Both the position numbers and the translations under genes were made by a program. A model generated the notes under the pieces. The model saw only the letters and a list, made by a program, of their open reading frames with translations. It made no database searches and was not told the DNA's origin. A stretch of DNA of 64,000 nucleotides from Octopus vulgaris (lineage: Eukaryota), in the NCBI GenBank assembly GCA_951406725.2, contig OX597842.1, positions 19,096,001 through 19,160,000 on the forward strand. The letters are read 5' to 3'. How positions within the stretch are numbered: position 1 is the stretch's first letter; each line of letters begins with the position of its first letter. Below are positions 10,830 to 23,489 of the stretch, piece after piece.

Positions 10830-12620
10830 TTGATTGATTGATTCATTCATTCATTCTAGTTTCAGCTCATGAGCTGTGGCCATGCTGGGGCACCGCCATT
10901 TGGTGTTGCTACTTGGTTTTACTTCACGAAAGCTTTTTAGCAACTGCCATTTGGTGCATGAGAGAGTTCGATGCAGCTGCCCTCATCTGCACCTCCTGCC
11001 GTGAAGTTGGTTCATCTGGGACACCTGACAGGAAGAGATCCAGTTCCATTTTAAAGACATCTGCATCCACCCCATGCAGGTCTCTCAGGTTCTTCGGGAG
11101 AATATTGAAGAGCTGTGCGCCTCGGAAACCCAGGCTATCACAGTATCTTGTCCTACATCTTGATGGCAAATTTGGAGTCCTAGGCACCACGCATTGGCGC
11201 CCAGTTCCGGCATTTGTGTAACTCTCGATGCCAAATTTTGGGACACGTCCCTCCAGGATCTTCCAGATGTATATTATGGCATATCTTTCCCACCTACGCT
11301 CCAAGGAATATAGTTTTAATCTCTTGAGTCTTTCCCAGTAGCTTACATTCTGCATAGAGGCTATCTTCTTCGTGTAGCTACGCTGGATCGCCTCGAGCTC
11401 TGTGATCAACTTGACACTGGATGGTGACCATAACTGAGAGCAATAGTCAAAGTGGCTTAGGACAAGTGTCCTCCAGAGGACCATCGTGGTTTCTTGTTCT
11501 CTTGTTCTAAAGGTTCTGAGAATCCATCCGGCCAGTCGTCTACATTTCATTGCCAATTTAGCAACATGTACACGAAAGGTTGCGTCATCACTCATGTAAA
11601 TACCCAGGTCACGCACTGATTGTGCCTCTGGGATTGCTATTCCTCCGGGTCCAGTGTATTCATTGGGTATTGCATTTAGTTTTGCATGCTGATAGTATAA
11701 AGCTTGAAACTTTTCAGCATTGAACTGCATGCTATTCTTTTCGGCCCACTTGTATATTTCGTCTAGCTCACATTGCAGGTGTTTAGTGTCCTCAGGGTTC
11801 TGTATTGCCTGTGAAACTTTTGTATCATCTGCATAACTTGTGATCGTGGCTCTCTGCGTGGCTGAGGGCATGTCTGAGAGGGCCAGTAGTGGTCCCAGAA
11901 CAGTGCCCTGCGGAACACCGCTCACTATTTGCGTGTTAATGGAAGTGGCCCCATTGGCTACTACCACCTGACTTCTATCTTTCAGAAAGTCATGAAGCCA
12001 TTCTCCCAGTTTTCCAACTATGTTGAGATCACGCAGTTTGTGACATATCATTCCATGATCGACTTTATCAAAGGCCTTTGCAAAGTCGAGATATATCACT
12101 TCCACATTTGAGTGGTTGAACAGCCGTTTCAGCACCCAGTCATAGTGTTGTAGGAGCTGAGTTAAACAGCTTCTCCCTGGTTGGAAACCATGTTGGGTGT
12201 CGGGCAGCAAGTCATTTTCTTCAAGGAAGGTGATCAGTTTCCTTCTGACTATTCGTTCCATGACCTTGCTGATGTGTGAGGTCAGAGAGATAGGTCTGTA
12301 GTTCTTGGCCTCCGCTCTGCTGCCTCCTTTATGAATGGGGCATATTTTACCTTCCTTCAGTTTTCTTGGAAGTTTGCCAACTGCAAGGAAGCTCTGAAAG
12401 AGGAACTGAAGTGGTCTTGCTAGGACTCTCTTACATGCTTTTAGGAGGATTGCCGGGAATCCATCGGGGCCAGTAGCTGAGTCTGTTTTCATTTCATCTA
12501 TAGCCTTTATTACATCGTCTTCCTTTATATCGATGTAATCTATCGTCGCCGCCTCTGATTTTATATCTGCAGTGGTAAAGAAGTCAGTTGGATTGGTGAT
12601 TTGGAGATGCCCAAGGGGTG
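10830..12620 (-). mobile_element. 5'-truncated CR1/L2-group LINE
   Basis: Contains the RT ORF, a short 3' UTR and a (TGAA)n/(TCAA)n tail at about 10830-10856. No endonuclease or ORF1 is present. Confidence 0.9.
10924..12492 (-). CDS. LINE reverse transcriptase domain (partial ORF2)
   Basis: Motifs GPDG, NYRPISLTS, QHGF, YLDFAKAFDKVDH, SGVPQGTVLGPLL, YADD and VRDLG. An apparent small deletion follows GPLL. Confidence 0.9.
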   Translation of the reverse strand: MKTDSATGPDGFPAILLKACKRVLARPLQFLFQSFLAVGKLPRKLKEGKICPIHKGGSRAEAKNYRPISLTSHISKVMERIVRRKLITFLEENDLLPDTQHGFQPGRSCLTQLLQHYDWVLKRLFNHSNVEVIYLDFAKAFDKVDHGMICHKLRDLNIVGKLGEWLHDFLKDRSQVVVANGATSINTQIVSGVPQGTVLGPLLALSDMPSATQRATITSYADDTKVSQAIQNPEDTKHLQCELDEIYKWAEKNSMQFNAEKFQALYYQHAKLNAIPNEYTGPGGIAIPEAQSVRDLGIYMSDDATFRVHVAKLAMKCRRLAGWILRTFRTREQETTMVLWRTLVLSHFDYCSQLWSPSSVKLITELEAIQRSYTKKIASMQNVSYWERLKRLKLYSLERRWERYAIIYIWKILEGRVPKFGIESYTNAGTGRQCVVPRTPNLPSRCRTRYCDSLGFRGAQLFNILPKNLRDLHGVDADVFKMELDLFLSGVPDEPTSRQEVQMRAAASNSLMHQMAVAKKLS

Positions 12621-12753
12621 TCGCAATATGCAGTCATACGCTCAGACAACCGATATTCTCCAGGGGCTGCAAGCTACAGTAACACCCACGCTTAGTGGTT
12701 AGCCATATTAAGATGGCTAGAATACCTCACATTATATATATATATATATATAC

Positions 12754-14338
12754 TTTATTTTAAGCAGCAGAAAATTCAACAAAATCTGTTACTCTGAGTT
12801 TCTCGTTGCCGTTCATCAGACAGTTTTTGCTAGAACGGAACATATATATTAATTCAATCTATACTCTTACAAACGCTACACCTTTAAAAAGAAATGGACT
12901 TGTTTGATTGTCCCTTTAGAAAAAACGGTCAATCTTCGAGCGATAAACAAAAAGGTCAAAAATATATGTATATATATATAAAAAACTTATAAAATTATAA
13001 AATCCGAGGAAAAAACCGAGGAAAAAACCTATTGCCGTTAATGAAGACAGTACAAATTAATGCATAGAAATTAAACCTGTTATAAATACTGCAATACATA
13101 TTTATATTAAAATCCACATATATATATCAACATACACAAAAGGATGCGCGTAAACGCCATACATACATATACAGACGTATGAATATGAATCTAAATTATA
13201 CACATAAAAGCATGTGTACATATATTCACGCAAACCGTCTCGCACGCAAGCTAAAATTCATCTATGTAGCAATTCTCATATACTGAGCAAGGAGGGGGAA
13301 CGAAAGAAAGGGAAAGAGAGATAAAAGAAATGAAGGAGGGGTGGGGAAAACTTGTAGCGATATTATTGACATCTATAGAGGCTAGTATACATACACAAGT
13401 TTGAATTGATACATATACATACCGTCGTGTGTATGCGTGCTTAAGCACAAGCATACTTTCACTTACACATACACAGATACGCATGCTTACAAATATATAT
13501 GCTTTGCTATATACAAACTTATATAAACATTCTAAATTTGACAACATTGCTTTTTTTAAAAAAAAACATTGCTTTTAAAAAATGGGTGCATTAATAAAAA
13601 TATATACGAAAGACATATAAAATAAAATATAACATCCTATTTTGGGTCATTTATAAATAATCAAGTTTGTAGGTAATCTTATGCAATACAATAACATGAA
13701 AACAAAGTTTCGAGTAGATCTTGCGAAGACATGTTTTGTTCGGCAAATGCCAGGACCCCTGGACTGGTGGTACGTAAAAAGCACTATCCGAATCGTGGCC
13801 GATGCCAGAGCCGCCTCGACTGGCACCAATCCGACCGTGGCCGTTGCCAGCCTCGCCTGGCACCTGTGCGGGTGGCATGTAAAAAGCACCCACTACACTC
13901 TCGGAGTGGTTGGCGTTAGGAAGGGCATCCAGCTGTAGAAACATTGCCAGATAAGACTGGAGTCTGGTGCAGCCTTCTGGCTTCCCAGATCCCGGTCGAA
14001 CCGTCCAACCCATGCTGGCATGGAGAACGGACGTTAAACGATGATGATGATGAGAAGAAATTAATTCATTAAGTTTACCAAATTATATACGTCTGTAAAA
14101 AAAAAAAAAGTTTCACAAATTATATACGTTCGCGTTTGTGTAAAAAAATTATTAACCAAGTTTTATAAATTATTTACTTTGTTCAAAAAATATTATTAAT
14201 ATTAATTAATTTTCAAGAATTATTTAATTTATATAATTAATTCATTAATTTTATTCTGTAAAATAGTAATTAATTCATTTCTCTGTAAATCCGCGAGGAA
14301 AGCGACTATGTAATTTTTTTGTGTAAAATTGAAAATGT

Positions 14339-14370
<32 letters not shown>

Positions 14371-15172
14371 TATATTTTTAGTGAAATCCAACACCTTTTT
14401 TTTAGGGGGGTTTAACGCGCACGCGCGAATTCTGCACTGCGCATGTCACCTCGTAGGATCTCGAGTATCGAGTACCTACGTCTGGCGCGCGCGCGCGAAT
14501 TCGCGTGTGCAAAACAGGGACCACGACAATTGACAAGTACCCTTTGCTATAGGTCCGTCGTAGCGCTCAAGAGTCAAAATCAAAATCAAAAAATCAAAAT
14601 ACAAAATATATACTCTATCCATATGGTATATTTATATTCGACATTTTAAATTTAGCCGTGTGCCTACATAAGTTCATTAATTCCTTCTTTGATTCAAAGA
14701 ATTATTGTCTTTGAATAATATGTGCATTTTTTCTAATAAGTAGATTCATATTCATACGTCTGTATATGTATGTATGGCGTTTACGCGCATCCTTTTGTGT
14801 ATGTTGATATATATATGTGGATTTTAATATAAATATGTATTGCAGTATTTATGACAGGTTTAATTTCTATGCATTAATTTGTACTGTCTTCATTAACGGC
14901 AATAGGTTTTTTCCTCGGATTTTATAATTTTATAAGTTTTTTATATATATATACATATATTTTTGACCTTTTTGTTTATCGCTCGAAGATTGACCGTTTT
15001 TTCTAAAGGGACAATCAAACAAGTCCATTTCTTTTTAAAGGTGTAGCGTTTGTAAGAGTATAGATTGAATTAATATATATGTTCCATTCTAGCAAAAACT
15101 GTCTGATGAACGGCAACGAGAAACTCAGAGTAACAGATTTTGTTGAATTTTCTGCTGCTTAAAATAAAGCAT
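12754..15172. repeat. Inverted repeat pair of about 430 bp (12754-13193 / 14741-15170) around a 1.55-kb interior; Penelope-like pseudo-LTR candidate
   Basis: The arms are near-identical reverse complements, and each carries a hammerhead-like motif. Confidence 0.75.
15094..15141 (+). ncRNA. Minimal type I hammerhead ribozyme-like motif (mirror copy 12781-12828, minus strand)
   Basis: CTGT-CTGATGA-ACGGCAACGA-GAAA-CTCAGAG-TA-ACAG. The core boxes are canonical, stem III is ACTC/GAGT, the cleavage triplet is GUA, and stem II is weak. Confidence 0.6.
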
Positions 15173-15238
15173 ATTACTCTACCACTGGTATTTGAGTACT
15201 CTTTTTTCCACCTTGTTTCACATTTATGTGTCTACTCC

Positions 15239-15294
<56 letters not shown>

Positions 15295-15371
15295 TAATAT
15301 AGGGTTATTTGCAACAAGTTGCTTAAACCACATACCGAAAATATTAGAAATAGCAGCCAAATAGGCTACTA

Positions 15372-15563
15372 TTACTATTACTACAAAAATAAGTCTCCAC
15401 AAACAACAGTATTTGCAACCCGTATATGGTAAAAGGAAGGAAGGCAACGAAATCACACAGTCTAGTCCAGGAGACCGTGTGATTTCATTGCCTTTCTTCT
15501 TTTTACCATATATGGGTTACAAATACTGTTGTTTGTGGAGACTTATTTTTGTAGTAATAGTAA
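15372..15563. repeat. Palindromic MITE-like hairpin (arms of about 90 bp)
   Basis: TACTACAAAAATAAGTCTCCACAAACAACAGTATTTG ... CAAATACTGTTGTTTGTGGAGACTTATTTTTGTAGTA. Confidence 0.75.
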
Positions 15564-18099
15564 TGTCTCTCTGGAGCAACACCTTTAGTCGAGCAAATCG
15601 ACCCCGGGACTTATTCTTTGTAAGCCCAGTACTTATTCTATCGGTCCCTTTTTGCCGAACCGCTAAGTGACGGGGACGTAAACACAGCATCGGTTGTCAA
15701 GCAATGCTAGGGGGACAAACACAGACACACATGCATATATATGTATATATATACATATATACGACAGGCTTCTTTCAGTTTCCGTCTACCAAATCCACTC
15801 ACAAAGCTTTGGTCGGCCCGAGGCTATAGTAGAAGACACTTGCCCAAGGTGCCACGCAGTGGGACTGAACCCGGAACCATGTGGTTGGTTAGCAAGCTAC
15901 TTACCATACAGTCACTCAGAATTTCCCAGATTTTTAACACTTCAATGGGGTCGATCAGAGAAACAGACTCCACAGTTAATATTAGTAATCTACGTGTTCG
16001 TTAAACTTTAGTGAGTGAAAGAGCGGGAGGGGGAAGTAGGAAGTAAGGCGAATGAATACAGTCATATTAAGAGAGAGAGAGAGGGGGGGTGGCCACGAAA
16101 GGCGGTTATATTGAGAGACAGAGGAGATAGAATATGTATGAACGAAAGTAGATATAAACAAGCAAATTGCAGCAAACCTTCGTAATGGTACATCCAGGCG
16201 TGCCATAGAGACCATCGTATAAATCCGATCGCCGTTGCTAATTAACCTTTCTCTTTCGTATTTCGTGCACATGCGCAGTGTGTAAGTTTTTTTGGGGGGG
16301 CATCTTTTCCTTTTGGACGGCAGACAATTTCTAGTTAACTAAATACTTTAAAACTTCGTATACTGGTAGAATGTGTCAAATATAAAAGATTTTTTTCTCT
16401 TGGCTTTCTTGAGAAAATTGTAATTTGTTTGTTTAACGTAGTTTAATTTTTTCGAATTTTAACCAATCCTATGCTCTCTTTTGAGCTAAAATCATTTGCT
16501 GCGTCTAAAACTGAGACAACATCATACACACGGAAAGCGTGTGTATAAAATTATAAAATTATTTTGTTTGTTAATTGTTTAAATCATTTCTGTAGGAAAA
16601 GGAAAGAAAAAGAATCGGATTGTTTTCCGTTTAATCGACAGATTAATTTTTTTTTAACTCAACACTCTCAAACTTCGGACCCTGGTAGAATGTGTCATAT
16701 AGAACATCTTTTACTCCTAGCATTGTTGAGAAAGGTTATTGATTACCAAGTTATTTCATATTTAAGTTGTATTTCTTTAATTTCAACCAATCAATGGCGT
16801 GTATTCAGCTGAATAAAATTACTGCTGTTGTTTGTCAACAACTTCCGGCGATGGATGTTTCGTTTGTTACTGTTATTTATGACATCGTTGGTGCGTTTGA
16901 ACTGGTTTTAGCTTTGGGGTTCGGGTTACGGAAAAAAGTGAAAAATGTAGAAATTGGAGGGGAAGGGGGGGGATGTAAAAATTCCGATTTTGGGAAATTT
17001 TCCGGATTCTCCAAATCCGAAAAGCTGCATTTTTGGCAAAAAAAAATAGGCGCAGCTGTGGCTGTGTGGAGTAGCTTGTTTACCAACCACATGGTTCCGG
17101 GTTCAGTCCCACTGCGTGACACCTTGGGCAAGTGTCTTCTACTATAGCCTCGGGCCGACCAAAGCCTTGTGAGTGGATTTGGTAGACGGAAACTGAAAGA
17201 AGCCCGTCGTATATATGTATATATATATATTTATATATATATGTGCGTGTGTGTCTGTGTTTGTCCCCCTAGCATTGCTTGATAACCGATGCTGGTGTGT
17301 TTACGTCCCCGTCACTTAGCGGTTCGGCAAAAGAGACCGATAGGATAAGTACTGGGCTTACAAAAGAATAAGTTCCAGGGTCGATTAAAGGTGGTGCTCC
17401 AGCATGGCCGCAGTCAAATAACTGAAACAAGTAAAAGAGAGAGTAATTTATGAGAAAATGGGTGGGGGACAGAAGTATTTCCAAAAATAGCTGAAAAATA
17501 AGAAAAAGCCCCTAAAAGACCCTTCATAAATTAGATAGTTGAGCTCTGATTGGCTGCATGCAAATGAATTCATAACTGGGGTCCAGAACTCTAGTGGGAA
17601 AAAAATTCACATCTTGGAATCATTGGAAGATTTTTTTTTCTTTTGCATTGAATGAATTCCACAAAATTCCACAAAACCCATGTTTTGGTCCGGAAAGCTG
17701 GGTGGTGTGTGGTGGAACCCTTGGAGAGTTCACCCCCATTTTCAAATTAGGAGGTCACCGTATTTCATTCAACGAAAAAAGATTCCAATGATTCCGGGAT
17801 GGGATGGTGGAGCGGATCTGGGCCCAATCCTTTTCTTTTTTTCTGAAGAAAAGTAAGGGGTTCGCGGTATATTAGAAGGTCAGGGTACTTCATTTCACAC
17901 AAAAGATCAGGGTTTCTTTTTTCTTAGTGAAAGTATTAAGATTTACCTTTTTTTTTATAGCAACTATAGCTTAAAAGGTTGGTATTTGTTTATAGGTGTA
18001 GGACTGGCTGTGTGGTAAGTAGCTTGCTTACCAACCACATGGTTCCGGGTTCAGTCCCACTACGTGGCACCTTGGGCAAGTGTCTTCTTCTATAGCCTC

Positions 18100-18171
18100 G
18101 GGCCGACCAAAGCCTTGTGAGTGGATTTGGTAGGTGGAAACTCAAAGGACCCTGTCGTATATATGTGTGTG

Positions 18172-18217
<46 letters not shown>

Positions 18218-18542
18218 CACACACATATATACGACAGGCTTCTTTGAGTTTCCGCCTACCAAATCCACTCACAAGGCTTTGGTCGACCCGAGGCTATATA
18301 TATAATACTTAATAATTAGGGTTCAGCAAAGATTTGCTTTACCACATACCGAAGTTTAGAAATAGCAGCCAAAAAACGTTAGCTATTTCTAAACTTCGGC
18401 ATGTGGTAAAGCAAATCTTTGCTGAACCCTAATTATTAAGTATTATATATAGCCTCACCGACCAAAGCCTTGTGAGTGGATTTGGTAGGCGGAAACTCAA
18501 AGAAGCCTGTCGTATATATGTGTGTGTGTATATATATATATA

Positions 18543-18598
<56 letters not shown>

Positions 18599-18830
18599 CA
18601 CAAAAACACACACATATATACGACAGGCTTCTTTGAGTTTCCGCCTACCAAATCCACTCACAAGGCTTTGGTTCGAGGCTATATATATAATACTTAATAA
18701 TTAGGGTTCAGCAAAGATTTGCTTTACCACACACCGAAGTTTAGAAATAGCAGCCAAAAAACGTTAGCTATTTCTAAACTTCGGCATGTGGTAAAGCAAA
18801 TCTTTGCTGAACCCTAATTATTAAGTATTA
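18100..18830. repeat. Nested inverted/direct duplications of SINE pieces with two near-perfect palindromes of about 145 bp
   Basis: TAATACTTAATAATTAGGGTTCAGCAAAG...CTTTGCTGAACCCTAATTATTAAGTATTA at about 18304-18444 and 18688-18830. Confidence 0.8.
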
Positions 18831-18922
18831 CTTAAGTTTACCGTGAAATGGTCCTTTTTTCATGCCGAATTCTACTTGGTGAAATTATTGATTACTTCTT
18901 AATTAATTAATTTTACCCTTTG

Positions 18923-18966
<44 letters not shown>

Positions 18967-20959
18967 AATTGCAGCGTGGAAGGTGTTTATAAACCATTTA
19001 AGAAACACACAAAAGCTGTTCGATTCACTTCAACATTTAAGTTTAATTTGTCAAAATATTTTCGTCGCTTTAAGACCGCGACCTGTTCACTGACAAAAAT
19101 TTGTGCTGCATTTTTGTCAGTGAACAGGTCGCGGTCTTAAAGCGACGAAAATATTTTGACAAATTAAACTTAAATGTTGAAGTGAATCGAACAGCTTTTG
19201 TGTGTTTCTTAAATGGTTTATAAACACCTTCCAATATATATATAGCATGGATTTTTGTCAGTGAATAGGTCGCGGTCTTAAAGCAACGAAAATATTTTGA
19301 CAAATTAAACTTAAATGTTGAAGTGAATCGAACAAATTTTGTGTGTTTCTTAAATGGCTTATAAACACCTTCCAATATATATATATAGCATGGATTTTTG
19401 TCAGTGACCAGGTCGCGGTCTTAAAGTGAGGAAAATATTTTGACAAATTAAACTTAAATGTTGAAGTGAATCGAACGGCTTTTGTGTGTTTCTTAAATGG
19501 CTTATAAACACCTTCCACGCTGCAATCGTTTTCGTTTCAGCACACGATCTCAGATCAAATTACTTGCTATGCGAGTACATCTCCGTAATATATATATTTA
19601 TATATATATATATATAAAGGGAGAGAGAGAGAGTACTCAGCATCTTAAATCTGCTGTAATACTTACAACTTTTCATAAAATGTTGTAGTGTGAAACAATT
19701 GTACCAAATTACCGGAATCATTCTTGTTGCTTATTTTTGATTATAATCACCCCGCAAATTTTTATGGATAACACCATACAAAATTCTGGTGCATCTAAAT
19801 TAAGTACCATATTCATCTGAATCTAAATTGTTGCTGAACTTATATATATATATATATGTATGTTTGTGTGTCTGTGTTTGTCCCCCCAACATCGCTTGAC
19901 AACCGATGCTGGTGTGTTTCGTTCAAGGAACTGAAGCATGTTTATTTGCATTGTTTTTTAAATCCTTTTTGGTTGATGCTTTATGTTAAATTTTTCTGCT
20001 TTCTTTGCATTTTTGTTTTCAAAAATATGTTATATAGGAATGGGTGTTACTGTATCATAAGAAGCTTGCGGGTCTTTTCCTTTTGAATGGCAGACAATTT
20101 CTAGTTAACTTTGAAACTTCGTATACTGGTAGAATGTGTCAAAATAAAACATCATTTTTCTTGGTTTTATTGAGAAAATTCTACAGTTTGTAAGATATTT
20201 TCACTATAAAATCAAGCATTTTGGCAATTTTAACCAATCAAATACGTCCATTTGGAGTCAAAACATACCATACTGTATGAATATGTCCCTTGTTTAAGAA
20301 ACAGATTGGGTTTATTTACATTTCTGAAGAAAAAAAGATACCCTTCCCCTAGTCCTGAAATAGATTGAAATGCAATAGATCGATACCAGGGCCATAATTA
20401 TGGGTGACAATTTCATACGACACCGCAAAGGAAAATGGGATTTTTTTTTATTGGTGTCATGTGAAATTGTCACCCATAGTTATGACCCTAGTATCGATCT
20501 ATTGCATTTCAATCTATTTTAAGATTAGGGTTAGGGGGTAGGGGAAGGGTATCTTTTTTTCTTCATAAATGTAAATAAACCCAATTTGTTTCTTAAACAA
20601 GGGACATATTCATACAGTATGGTATGTTTTGACTCCAAATGGACGTATTTGATTGGTTAAAATTGCCAAAATGCTCGATTTTAAAGTGGGAATATGTTAC
20701 AAACTATAGAATTTTCTCAATAAAACCAAGAAAAAATGGCCTTGCTTTTTGCTTTTTGAGCCAAAAAATTAACTTAACTTAACTTGGCAGAATTTGAACC
20801 AAGAATGTAAATATCGATAGAATGCCTCCAAGCATATTGTCCTGCAAGCTGACCATTTACCCAGGTCACCACCTTTGTAAAAGTAAATATCAATAGTATA
20901 TTACATCGGTCATACTCTGGAGATCAGATTTCATTTTTGTTTTTATATTTTTTCAGATC

Positions 20960-21005
20960 ATGAAGTTCACATTGTTATCCATTTCTTTTCTGGTATTAAG
21001 TTTCT
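20960..21005 (+). CDS. Predicted membrane-protein gene, first coding exon (signal peptide MKFTLLSISFLVLSF)
   Basis: Acceptor TTTTTTCAG at 20956, ATG at 20960, hydrophobic run, phase-1 donor GTAAGT at 21006. Confidence 0.75.
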
Positions 21006-21040
21006 GTAAGTATTTTTTATTTTTTATTTTATTTTCTTTC

Positions 21041-21515
21041 TTAACCCTTTTGATACTAACCCGCCTGAAACCACCTCTGGCTCCATAGTACAAATGTCTG
21101 GTTTTCATAAGTTTTGAATGAAAATCTTCCACCAAACCTTAGTCACAATTTATGTTCCTAACACTAGCTGAATGATAACTAAGTTATTTTACTAAATTCT
21201 TTGTTATATTTAAAATTAATTGAAAGAAACACAGAGCATCTCGACAGAATATGGGAACAAAAGGCTTAAAATATATAATAGAGAAACAATTCTTAACCCT
21301 TTTGATATCAACCCTGCTGAAACCGGCTCTGGCTCTGAGTACAAATGTCTTGTTTTCATAAGTTTTGAATTAAAATCTTCCACCAAACCTTAGTCACAAT
21401 TTATGTTCCTAACACTAGCTTAATGATAACTAAGTTATTTTACTAAATATTTAAAATTAATTGAAAGAAACACAGAGCATCTCAACAGAAATATGGTAAC
21501 AAAAAGGTTAAATCC
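21041..21515. mobile_element. Tandem pair of piggyBac-type MITEs (about 220 bp each)
   Basis: TTAA-CCCTTTTGATAC... to ...GGTAACAAAA(G)GG-TTAA, i.e. a TTAA target and CCC/GGG termini. The same pair or triplet recurs throughout 29.3-43.7 kb. Confidence 0.75.
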
Positions 21516-21761
21516 TTTTTCTTTAACATTTTTTTTCTTGAAATAATTGTTTCAAACATCATTTACACTAACATTGGTGGTTTTTTTTTTCATTTTTGCT
21601 TTTATAAATATGTTGTGTTATTTATTTGGTTTTAGCCAATATGGCTACAATTGTATTACAACAATGCTTCTATCATCATCATCATCATCATCATTTTGAC
21701 AGTCTCAAAACGTTTAAGAATCAATGGGTTCTGACAACCAGGATTTTCAAAGTATATATAC

Positions 21762-21804
<43 letters not shown>

Positions 21805-21805
<1 letters not shown>

Positions 21806-22098
21806 TCTTTTACATGTTTCAGTCATTTGACTGTGGCCATGCTGGAGCACCGCCTTTAGTCAAGCAAATCGACCTCGGGACTTATTCTTTGTAAGACCAG
21901 TACTTATTCTATCGGTCTCTTTTGCCGAACCGCTAAGTGACAGGGATGTAAACACACCAGCATCGGTTGTCAAGCAATGCTAGGGGGACAAACACATACA
22001 TACATATATATATATACTTCTACTATAGCCTTGGGCCAACCAAAGCCTTGTGAGTGGATTTGGTAGATGGAAACTGAAAGAAGCCCGTCGTATATATG

Positions 22099-22137
<39 letters not shown>

Positions 22138-22322
22138 TTGTCCCCCCAACATCGCTTGACACCCAATTCTGGTGTAGTTGCATCCCCGTCACTTAGCAGT
22201 TCGGCAAAAGAGACAGATAGAATAAGTTATAGTCTTACAAAGAATAAGTCCTGGGGTTGATTTGCTTGACTAAAGGCGGTGCTCCAGCATGGCCGCAGTC
22301 AAATGACTGAAACAAGTAAAAC
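21805..22322. mobile_element. Inverted SINE dimer (minus-strand 3' half joined to a plus-strand copy)
   Basis: SINE tails point outward at both ends. Duplicated at 25457-25970, 33392-33912, 36535-37070 and 44010-44543. Confidence 0.75.
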
Positions 22323-22329
22323 AGTAGTG

Positions 22330-22364
<35 letters not shown>

Positions 22365-23076
22365 GTGTGTGTGTGTGTGTATATATATATTTGTGTATAT
22401 ATATGTGTGAGTATATATATATATATATATATACGTGTGTGTGTGTGTGTATATATATATATATTTGTGTATACATATGTATACATATGTGTGTGAGTAT
22501 ATCTATATATATCATCATCATCATCAGTTGATGTCTGCTTGGATGATTTGACTGAGGTCTGGCGAACCAGATGGCTGCACCAGACTCCAATCTGATCTGG
22601 CAGAATTTCTACACCTGGATTCCCTTCCTAACGCCAACCACTCCGAGAGTGTAGTGGGTGCTTTTACGTGCCACCGGTACGAGGGTCACTCAAGCAGTAC
22701 TGGCAACGACCATGCTCAAATTGTGCTTTTTATGTGCCACCTGCACAGGAGCCAGTCCGGCGGCACTGGCAACGACCTCGCTCAAATGTTTTTTCACGTG
22801 CCAGTAGTATTTATATGTATATGCATATATACTTGTATATATATATGTATACATGATGTGCAACATTTTGGCTAGACATGGCTAGTTTAAATGGTAGATA
22901 GTTTTTAACGATTGAACTGAACCACATTTTCAATAACCTCTCTCGAAAATTCCACAGTATAGAACATGTAACTTCATCTCCTGTTAATTAGTATTTAATT
23001 ATTGTAAAAGAAATAGTAAATAGTCCTGTTGATAAAACGTAAAATCTGAAAACGATTTTTTTTGTCATTTTCACAG

Positions 23077-23145
23077 TAGCTGTAGAAGCAAAAGTCGTGT
23101 TGAAGATACATCAAGGTCAAAATAAAATCAAAGGTACCCAAAGTG
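23077..23145 (+). CDS. Micro-exon type P (69 nt): LAVEAKVVLKIHQGQNKIKGTQS
   Basis: TTTTCACAG|...|GTAAGA, phase 1-1. Completes the signal peptide with a V-E-A cleavage motif. Confidence 0.75.
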
Positions 23146-23327
23146 GTAAGAAAGTTAATAAACCCTTTTTGAATCCTTTAAATTAGACACTCGCATACAT
23201 GTGTGTGTATGTAAGTCTCTCTCTGTCTTTCTCTCTCTCTATATATATATATATAGATTCCTGTTCATCAAACGTAAAATCTGAAATCAGAATTTTTTTT
23301 TTTTTGATTCTTTCACAATGGATGTAG

Positions 23328-23381
23328 AAGTCAAACTGGGGCCAGACATAAAAGCAGATGAAACCAAGGATTCCCGAAATG
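23328..23381 (+). CDS. Micro-exon type Q (54 nt): EVKLGPDIKADETKDSRN
   Basis: PolyT tract, ATGTAG|...|GTAAGA, phase 1-1. Confidence 0.65.
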
Positions 23382-23451
23382 GTAAGAAAGTTTATAAACC
23401 CTTTTTGAATCCTTTAAATTAGACACTAACATAAATGTGTGTATATGTAAG

Positions 23452-23489
<38 letters not shown>

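Noticed and set aside
20523-20545. TTAGGG-like motifs as an interstitial telomere
   Set aside because: Only 2-3 imperfect units, internal to a MITE family.
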